Part shown: positions 56,679-64,000 of the stretch, one piece after another | Numbering within the stretch: position 1 is the stretch's first letter | How the letters are laid out: each line of letters starts with the position of its first letter | From: a virus | Length of the DNA: 64,000 nucleotides | Virus record (IMG/VR): IMGVR_UViG_3300008448_012223 | Reading direction: 5' to 3' (one strand) | Translations under genes and position numbers: made by a program | Notes under the pieces: model-generated | Database searches by the model: none | What the model was told of the DNA's origin: nothing | Seen by the model: only the letters and a program-made list of their open reading frames with translations

Positions 56679-56919
56679 AGTGGTGGTGTTAATCGAGCGT
56701 TGAGGCGATAAAGTGATAAAGAGGGTTAATACTAAATCCGTTGAGTATGCGCTACATATCAGGCCGCTGCTCCCAGGGTTATGGTTAAATATGAGCTACC
56801 CTAATATTAGAATATATAGTGCAGGAGAAAAAAGCCATCCCACAAGTTAGAGTCCAGAGGTGTTTAGTATGACTCTTAATATGTGCAATATTTAACCCCT
56901 ACACTACAACGCAAATTAT

Positions 56920-58962
56920 ATGTCTATTCAAGATAATGCACTAGCATTACCATTACTCCCCAGCATAATAACTGGGGACTCAATGGTAATAGTACTAATT
57001 CGTAATGGAATGGTAACACCATACCGCACTAATCTAAGTACTCTATTACCTGGGCCCGCTACAGCCAGCGTACTAGGTACTATCAGGCTAACCGGCGACT
57101 TAGGTGGTACAGCAACAGCGCCTACCGTACCCGGCCTGACAACGCGGGCCCCTATCAATAATGCAGCACTAACCGGGGCCCCCACTGCACCCACACCTCC
57201 TAGTGGCGACAATAACACGCGGTTAGCCACTACTGCCTGGGTACGCACGCATATAAACAGCACTGGTATTAATACGCTGAGTGATGTAGCTATAACTACT
57301 CCTGTTATAGGGCAGGGCCTAACATGGAATGGTACTAACTGGGTTAATGCTACAGCATCTGGTGGGGGGGATTTACTGGCGCTCAATAATTTAGATGATG
57401 TAAATAACACACAGACTGCGCTCAATAATCTAATAGATGGTGATAATAACATACACACTACAGGCACTATTAGGTGGAGCACCAATATAGCTAATATAGG
57501 CGGCCTACCGCCAGCTAATACCTACCGAGGTATGTTTGCTGCAGTCAATGATGCGGGGGGTGCCTATTATTCTAATGGTACTGAGTGGCTACGGCTAGAT
57601 AGAGCCCTGCTCAATGATCTCAATGATGTTAATACTGCAGGCGTAACTAATGGTCAGGTTCTAGCATATCAGAGTGGTAACTGGATACCTACTACTCTGG
57701 TGTCAGGAGGGGCGGGTCCAGCCACTACTACTGATCTACCTGAGGGGGCTAATCTCTATTATACAAGCGCTCGAGTAGATGCGCGTATCGGGCTGGCGGA
57801 ATTATCTGATCTACTGAATGTCAGCAATACAGCAGCTACTAATGGGCAGTACCTAGCGTGGAATAGCGCAACTGGTAACTGGGTCCCTACCACACCAGTT
57901 ACCAGTGGTGGTTCTACTTTCACTAGCCCTCTTACTACTAAGGGCGATATACATACGTATAGTACTACTGATGCCCGTCTGCCTATAGGGGCTAATGGCA
58001 CCTTCTTAGTAGCTGACTCTGCAACGACGACGGGGCTACGGTGGCAGGCTGCTCTATCACTTAATAACATTGCTGATGTTAATACGCCAGATCCCAATGA
58101 TAATGATGTGTTAACCTGGACGGGCAGTCAATGGGAGGCTGTTGCACTTGAGCCTCTCTTACCACTAGACATAACAACTCCTAGCGCGGGGCAAGTACTA
58201 CGATATAATGGCACTGACTGGGCCAATGAATCTCTCCCTCTGACTAGACTATCAGACGTGAATATAAGTAGCATTGATCTAGAAGATGGAGACACTATAG
58301 TCTGGGATAACACTAGTAATAGATGGGTGCGCTCTAGTGTACAGCCGCCCCCTGATACTGATGATATAGCTGAGGGTACAACTAATCTCTACTACACTGA
58401 TGCGCGTGTAACTACTAGATTCAATACTCTAATCCCCACAGTAGCTAAGGGGGATCTATTGGTACAGGGTGCCACAGTACTAAGTCGGCTCCCCGTAGGT
58501 AACAACGACCAGGTACTACTGGCTGATAGCACTACAGCCACTGGTTTGCGCTGGGGCGCAGTTAGCGGCACTCTGGCAGGCCTATCTGATGTTGCTATCA
58601 CTAGCCCTGCGCAGGGCCAGGTGTTGACGTGGAATGCTACTACCAGTAGATGGAACGCGGCTAACCTCAGTAATCAGGTATCACTGAATAGGCAGACTCT
58701 CACTGGTGCGCTGACTCTCACATTATCTAGCGCTGGTACACAACACCTAGACCCTGGTGGTACGAACAGAGATGTATTATTACCGCTTAATCCTACGGTG
58801 GGGACGCGCTTCCGTATACTGAATCTGGCGCCCGCGTTTAATATTCTAGTTAAGAATCCCAATACTAGCGCTACCGTACTGACGCTGGGTAATAGCAGCA
58901 CGAGTATACAGGCAGAGTTCACATGGGATGGCGTAGATTGGTACTCCTGGGAACCTGCCTAA
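56920..58962 (+). CDS. Tail fibre protein with internal repeats
   Basis: Repeats L-x2-L-x-DV-x-I..GQ.L.WNG..W; two TKGD..RLP.G.N..L.ADS..TGLRW blocks; two D(L/I).EG..NLYYT.AR blocks. Confidence 0.85.
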   Translation: MSIQDNALALPLLPSIITGDSMVIVLIRNGMVTPYRTNLSTLLPGPATASVLGTIRLTGDLGGTATAPTVPGLTTRAPINNAALTGAPTAPTPPSGDNNTRLATTAWVRTHINSTGINTLSDVAITTPVIGQGLTWNGTNWVNATASGGGDLLALNNLDDVNNTQTALNNLIDGDNNIHTTGTIRWSTNIANIGGLPPANTYRGMFAAVNDAGGAYYSNGTEWLRLDRALLNDLNDVNTAGVTNGQVLAYQSGNWIPTTLVSGGAGPATTTDLPEGANLYYTSARVDARIGLAELSDLLNVSNTAATNGQYLAWNSATGNWVPTTPVTSGGSTFTSPLTTKGDIHTYSTTDARLPIGANGTFLVADSATTTGLRWQAALSLNNIADVNTPDPNDNDVLTWTGSQWEAVALEPLLPLDITTPSAGQVLRYNGTDWANESLPLTRLSDVNISSIDLEDGDTIVWDNTSNRWVRSSVQPPPDTDDIAEGTTNLYYTDARVTTRFNTLIPTVAKGDLLVQGATVLSRLPVGNNDQVLLADSTTATGLRWGAVSGTLAGLSDVAITSPAQGQVLTWNATTSRWNAANLSNQVSLNRQTLTGALTLTLSSAGTQHLDPGGTNRDVLLPLNPTVGTRFRILNLAPAFNILVKNPNTSATVLTLGNSSTSIQAEFTWDGVDWYSWEPA

Positions 58963-58973
58963 CGTTCAGGTTA

Positions 58974-59231
58974 ATGGCGCAGCATATAGTAGAGACTATT
59001 GAGACTATAGCAACAGGTAATACTAGCGATACTGCACTGTCACTAGGTACAATAGATCAGACGGTATGGTTAACTCACCACGCCGGCGTACGGTGTATAA
59101 CGGGGGCTATAATTTGTGATTGTAAATATAATGGGACTAGGCCCGCGTGGCCTATCAGTAGCGTTAGAAGCACTCAGTCGAGGTCTAACTGTACGCGCAT
59201 GGGACCCGAGGCCCCTGAGCAGCTGGGGTAA
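58974..59231 (+). CDS. Small hypothetical protein
   Basis: ATG 58974 inside track ORF 58923..59231; 3' half overlaps the next gene, so uncertain. Confidence 0.35.
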   Translation: MAQHIVETIETIATGNTSDTALSLGTIDQTVWLTHHAGVRCITGAIICDCKYNGTRPAWPISSVRSTQSRSNCTRMGPEAPEQLG

Positions 59232-60129
59232 AGATGAAGTAGTACCCAATTTACAGATGAGGAGTCCTATCTCCTTCGACCTATGTACTAATATAGAGGG
59301 TGCTGATTACAGCCTCTGTCACTACCTACAACGAGAGCGTATACTGGGGAGCCAGCGTGAGATAGAGGCAGTGCAGGAGCGATGCAACAGGGATATATTC
59401 GAGGGCTACTTACAGTGGGCCTTACAACGAGCACTGAGCATGGGTCTAGAGATAGGCCCCCTGGAGGAGGGGCCCCTGGTTATAGCTACAGGACAACGAG
59501 AGCAGCGCGTGCCTGATTGGACAATGGGTTACGATACTCATGCGCTCAGTCACTACCTGAAGCACCCGGCACGCAATAAGCGCCTCCTAGTACTAGGAGG
59601 CGGTCAGGGTGCGGCAGAGGCAGTAGCATACCTAGCGCAAAACAATGAGGTTACCTGGAGTCACGGGGGGTACCGTATAGATAATTACCCCGCCCCATCC
59701 TACGCGCACTGGTATAATAAAACAGCGCTGGGCGGATACTATAGAACCCTCCCATTAAATAAACGTGCTGAGTACCTATCTCGTGTTAAGAGATGGGGGC
59801 CCAGCATCACACCCTATATAGCCAATGAGCTAGCCCAATATAATTACAAGGAGATGCCCCGCATAACTAATAGTAAAGAGATACCAGGTGTGGATTCTAT
59901 TGTATTAGCGACCGGCTTCTACCCATCGTGGCCAATGAATTATCCTGCTGATCCAATATTAGTTAGATTTCCACTAGTTAAGCCCGGCTTTCGTCTAATA
60001 AAGAATGTATATATAACGGGAATAGGGGCTACAGCATACGACGGGCCTCGGCAGAACTCATTGATTAGTGCTGGTATAACCAGTCGCGAGATAGTCAATG
60101 CCATAATAGAAGACGACATAGTGAGATAA
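59116..60129 (+). CDS. FAD/NAD(P)H-dependent oxidoreductase, lysine/ornithine N-monooxygenase-like
   Basis: IMGLGPRGLSVA (FAD site), W...MRSP..DL, LLVLGGGQGAAEA (NADPH site), two ATG motifs. Confidence 0.75.
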   Translation: MIVNIMGLGPRGLSVALEALSRGLTVRAWDPRPLSSWGKDEVVPNLQMRSPISFDLCTNIEGADYSLCHYLQRERILGSQREIEAVQERCNRDIFEGYLQWALQRALSMGLEIGPLEEGPLVIATGQREQRVPDWTMGYDTHALSHYLKHPARNKRLLVLGGGQGAAEAVAYLAQNNEVTWSHGGYRIDNYPAPSYAHWYNKTALGGYYRTLPLNKRAEYLSRVKRWGPSITPYIANELAQYNYKEMPRITNSKEIPGVDSIVLATGFYPSWPMNYPADPILVRFPLVKPGFRLIKNVYITGIGATAYDGPRQNSLISAGITSREIVNAIIEDDIVR

Positions 60130-60686
60130 TGAGCACTACCATCATAAGTAAGACTACATCAGAAGGGCGGGTATATCGTCTGATACAGATGAGAGACACA
60201 CTGCCCTTACGTGTGGGAATAGGCCGCTATACGACATGGGCCCCCGATAACCCACTAGATATAGATGAGCCGCCGGATAGACCTATACCGCAGGACTCTG
60301 CATTCCTGAGCACACAGGTTATACTGCGCCCTCACCGAGTATCACTGGCCTATAGAGTAGAGAGCGGCGGTGATATTATACAGGGGGACCAGCGCTGGAA
60401 CATAATACCTAACGATAGAGCTGACCTTACATCACTCCTAGGCTTATTACCCCAGGCGCTATACGTAGAGGCAATAGTATCCGGTGAGCAGGTACCCGGG
60501 GCCTTTCGCTCTGCATCACTGCTAACTGATGTAGTATTACAAACAGGCGCGAATACTAATGCTGACTTCTGGCTACCCGGCGAATGGGTCGACACGGGCC
60601 CTGCGCAGATGGCACTCCTATTCACTCCCGTGATTCACGCGGCCCCTACTGACCGCACACGCGTTAAATTCATATTACCTATTTAA
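60129..60686 (+). CDS. Hypothetical virion-module protein
   Basis: 185-aa ORF coupled by TAATG. Confidence 0.65.
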   Translation: MSTTIISKTTSEGRVYRLIQMRDTLPLRVGIGRYTTWAPDNPLDIDEPPDRPIPQDSAFLSTQVILRPHRVSLAYRVESGGDIIQGDQRWNIIPNDRADLTSLLGLLPQALYVEAIVSGEQVPGAFRSASLLTDVVLQTGANTNADFWLPGEWVDTGPAQMALLFTPVIHAAPTDRTRVKFILPI

Positions 60687-60689
60687 TCG

Positions 60690-63600
60690 ATGTCCATATT
60701 ACAAAGAGCAGATTACCCCGAGAATTATACCCTCAATAGTAATTGGGTGAAAGTACTACCAGAGGACGGCCAACCCTTAGTGGCACAGGACCTCCTAGAG
60801 ATGCAATCAATAGTGCAGGGCCAGTTCCAGACTGGCATGGATGCGCTCTATAGAGATGGTACTATACTCTCGGGTGTAGAGTTAGTCGTCGTAGGTGATG
60901 ACGGTACGACCATGGATATCCTGATAACTGAAGGCCGTGTATATGCTGCGGGTGTAGTAGTCAAGACTGAGCCCGCGCGCTTTCAGGTATCACGAGAGGG
61001 AGAGACTACATTTTATCTCGAGGTCACTACTACCGTACTCGAGGATGAGAGTATGCGGGCCGGTAATCAATACGGGCCCCGGGGGGCATCTCGATTAGTA
61101 GTTAATAGTAGTATAGTCCTTACGGGGCGAGGGTATCCCCTCTACTCTATACGCAATGGAGTAGCTATTAATAGAGCGAGGGACCTACCTGGTGGTATCG
61201 AGGAGACACTAGCAGAGAGAGTATTTGAGAGACACGGTAACTTCTGCGTGCGCGGTCTGAACCTAGCGCTCCTGGACCGCCCCCGCACTCTAGCTGATAC
61301 TAGTCTAGTGGCGCTCAATGAAAACTACTCTACACTAGAGGCGCGGGCTACTGAGTCGCGTAGCCTATACCTAGAGAGTAAGAGTAGACTAGATGGATTA
61401 CTACTGCGACTAGATGACGCACGGGATATAAGTAGTGTCAGCCCCACACCCGCTAACCTGACTATACTCGCTGATCTTGAGACGCGTGTAGTGGAAGAGG
61501 AGGCCCTGGTAGCTACACTAGAGGCTACCTACAGAGAGAGACAGACGGCAGCACGGAGCGGGCTAGCAGAATTAGAGGAGGCCCGACGTAGATCAGAGTC
61601 CTCACTTGGTATGTCACTGGCACCTGGAGTAGCCTACGTTGTGGGGCGTAGAGTAGTTATTGATACACCAATAAACCTAGCACTACAGCGTACCACAGAT
61701 AGTCAGGTAGTAACGGCGGCTACATTTACTTATGCAGGTGTAACTGCTATAGCTAACCGCACCATATCGCTGCAGGGTACCTCTACATGGGCTAATGTAG
61801 TAACACAGGGTACCCGAGTAAGCATAAGCTTTGCCCCTATCAATAACTCGACTATAACCGTGACGGCTAATACTTCAGCAGCCACCTCAGTAGAAACCTT
61901 CATAGACTACATAATAGCTCGCATAGCTACTGGTACTGATAATAATAGTACCATTACCGGTACCAACATTACTACGGATGCGGCCCGTAATCTACTCCGA
62001 GATGCCATAGCCTTCCGCCGTAATGGACTGACACTCGTCATGGAGTCCATAGGTATAGGTACCACGTCTAACCTAGTGAACATTACCATAGGTATCACTA
62101 TCACAGGGGGGGCCCCTAGTAGTATACTACTCGTCGACGTGCCCAGCGGTCCCATTGGAGGTGCAGCCAATACTAATGAGTTCAAGTTAACTCGCCGACC
62201 CGTCAAGGAGGTAACACGACTAGTAGCTACGCTCCAGGAGAATACGGCTGCCATAGTGCGCGGGCCTACACCTGGCACTAGTGACTACCTAGGGCGCGAT
62301 ACTGTATCTAGAGTGAAACGGGTATTCCAGGGCTCCATTAATTACGCAGAGGGCCGGGACTTCCAGGTTCTCGATGGTGGTAGACTGGAGTGGGCTCCTA
62401 ATGGCGCAGGAGCTCTAGAGCCGGCACCTGGCACTACCTACTTTGTGACGTATACGTACTCCAGTCAATTAGCACTAGGAGTAGATTTCAATCTCCTGAC
62501 GGCTACTGACACTATAGTATTTACTGGTACACGGAGCCCCGCACCTAATACCACATTCCAGGTAGACTATAGCTATTTCCTCAGCCGTATAGCTATAGTG
62601 ACGCTAGATAAGGAAGGGCAGCCCGCTGTCATATATGGTGAGGTAGGAGTTAATCCTCAGCCTCCTGCCGTTAGTGATTCAGTATTACCACTAGCACGTG
62701 TACTTATAAGTAATAATAACGCCATCATTGAGCCCATCGATTGCCGCCCTGTCAATTACGATAGTATACGACAGCTATCCAGCGCCGTATCATCGCTATC
62801 AGATGATATAGATAGACTACGACTCACAACGAGAGCAGAGGGGCTGGCTTTCACTAATACAGGGGCCGTACCCAACTTTACATCTATCGATGCTCTAGTG
62901 AATAGTAGTGGTATTAATCTAACGGAGAGCACAGGTATGCTCTCGCCTCTAACTAATAGTCTGACATCCAATAGAGTATATAGTGATGTCAGAGCAACGG
63001 CTCCCTCGGCTAGACCTAATAACGCAGGGGACCCCTACATTGTAGTACCTACATATACAGATAGTATATTCCTTGAGCAAACTAAGCTGACGAAAGAGAG
63101 GAGTATACAGCAGACTACAGCCCCGCGGTTATTCTGTCGTAGAGTCATCATGGCTAATCGCGATCTAGGGCGGATTAACCCCTGCGACGAGCTGGCCGTC
63201 CGAGGAGCTGCTCTATTCAGCTCCACTAGTAATCTCCTCTATCGATTTATCAATGAGGGGAATAGAGCAGAGTTCACGCGGCTATCTCGTCGTGTACGAG
63301 AGGCCATCTCAGCAGGTGAGGCTATACCAGCTATAGGCGCTAATCTAATGGGGAGCGAGGAGATAGATAAGGCGCGGGCCCAGAACATACGATACACTAT
63401 ACGAGGAGAGGGGCTCCCCCAGGGCAGCTATCAACTACTGATAGCTGATACTATCATGACTACTGCAGTATCAATTAATAACACACCAATATCGGGCACC
63501 CTACCATTCGCGTTCCGGCCCCGCTCTAATGGCATACTCGAGGTCGAGCTATTCCTACCCGCACTACCCCCCGGTGTCCATGCCGTAGTGCTACACTCTG

Positions 63601-64000
63601 ATACACTGAGTGTAAGTAATACGCTATCTATATTCAATAATAACCTGACCCACGTGGCGCTAGGCGGGGCGGCCTCCTGGGGTTTACCATCATCCTCAGT
63701 AGATACTCAGCCCCTACCCCTGATGCCGAGGGTAGGCTTCGACCCACTGATGCAGACATTTCAGGCACCCTCTGATATGTACCTGAGCGGCCTTGATATA
63801 AAAATAGCATCGGCGCCGGCATCAGGGGCCCTAGTTATATCACTACGGGATGGCACAGCTACTACACCAGGGCAGATACTACTAGGAGAGGCCCTTGTCA
63901 GTGGAGCCGTATTACCTGATATACAGGGGCGGCTCTGGACTAAATACGTATTCCCTACTCCCATCTATCTCAAGGAGGATCAGTATTATACACTAGGCTT
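60690..64000 (+). CDS. DUF4815-like large tail/baseplate protein, runs off the right edge (about 1100 codons in the window)
   Basis: MSILQRADYPENY..PLVAQDLLEMQSI..LYRDGTILSG; a DPLMQTF motif near 63741 is in the same frame. Absent from the track because there is no stop in the window; I checked the frame at both ends, not every codon. Confidence 0.75.
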   Translation, partial: MSILQRADYPENYTLNSNWVKVLPEDGQPLVAQDLLEMQSIVQGQFQTGMDALYRDGTILSGVELVVVGDDGTTMDILITEGRVYAAGVVVKTEPARFQVSREGETTFYLEVTTTVLEDESMRAGNQYGPRGASRLVVNSSIVLTGRGYPLYSIRNGVAINRARDLPGGIEETLAERVFERHGNFCVRGLNLALLDRPRTLADTSLVALNENYSTLEARATESRSLYLESKSRLDGLLLRLDDARDISSVSPTPANLTILADLETRVVEEEALVATLEATYRERQTAARSGLAELEEARRRSESSLGMSLAPGVAYVVGRRVVIDTPINLALQRTTDSQVVTAATFTYAGVTAIANRTISLQGTSTWANVVTQGTRVSISFAPINNSTITVTANTSAATSVETFIDYIIARIATGTDNNSTITGTNITTDAARNLLRDAIAFRRNGLTLVMESIGIGTTSNLVNITIGITITGGAPSSILLVDVPSGPIGGAANTNEFKLTRRPVKEVTRLVATLQENTAAIVRGPTPGTSDYLGRDTVSRVKRVFQGSINYAEGRDFQVLDGGRLEWAPNGAGALEPAPGTTYFVTYTYSSQLALGVDFNLLTATDTIVFTGTRSPAPNTTFQVDYSYFLSRIAIVTLDKEGQPAVIYGEVGVNPQPPAVSDSVLPLARVLISNNNAIIEPIDCRPVNYDSIRQLSSAVSSLSDDIDRLRLTTRAEGLAFTNTGAVPNFTSIDALVNSSGINLTESTGMLSPLTNSLTSNRVYSDVRATAPSARPNNAGDPYIVVPTYTDSIFLEQTKLTKERSIQQTTAPRLFCRRVIMANRDLGRINPCDELAVRGAALFSSTSNLLYRFINEGNRAEFTRLSRRVREAISAGEAIPAIGANLMGSEEIDKARAQNIRYTIRGEGLPQGSYQLLIADTIMTTAVSINNTPISGTLPFAFRPRSNGILEVELFLPALPPGVHAVVLHSDTLSVSNTLSIFNNNLTHVALGGAASWGLPSSSVDTQPLPLMPRVGFDPLMQTFQAPSDMYLSGLDIKIASAPASGALVISLRDGTATTPGQILLGEALVSGAVLPDIQGRLWTKYVFPTPIYLKEDQYYTLG

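Noticed and set aside
1-64000. tRNA, rRNA, terminase, integrase or nblA genes
   Set aside because: None recognised by eye; tRNAscan-SE was not run, so a tRNA in a short intergenic gap cannot be fully excluded

Overview
This window is a 64-kb segment of a large, probably lytic, contractile-tailed cyanophage. Gene content and order resemble the Microcystis myoviruses Ma-LMM01/MaMV-DC; this identification is from recollection of those genomes, and no database search was run. Layout: (i) 1-3615 is a leftward early-type array of small genes, each preceded by the same terminator-plus-hairpin intergenic element. It includes an AcrIII-1/DUF1874 ring-nuclease homolog, an ADP-ribosyltransferase-like gene, a PD-(D/E)xK-like gene and four paralogous Cys-containing membrane microproteins. 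(ii) 3800-9905 holds two lysins (M15 peptidase, GH19), a PAAR gene and hypotheticals. (iii) 9889-20577 is a 3562-aa minus-strand protein carrying two PLD HKD motifs plus beta-like and beta'-like two-barrel RNA polymerase motifs (DFDGD); I infer a single-chain, possibly virion-packaged RNA polymerase. (iv) 20634-49421 is the virion module: frameshifting chaperone pair, portal, protease/scaffold, capsid, neck, sheath, tube, hub, spike-amidase, lysozyme-M23, wedge, J-like and fibre-related genes. (v) About 49500-56730 is an AT-rich, host-like island with decaying tandem paralogs, TA remnants and an intact selO. (vi) 56920-64000 holds a tail fibre, a flavin monooxygenase-like gene and a DUF4815-like gene running off the edge. 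Motif and family calls are by-eye pattern matches, and composition statements are qualitative.
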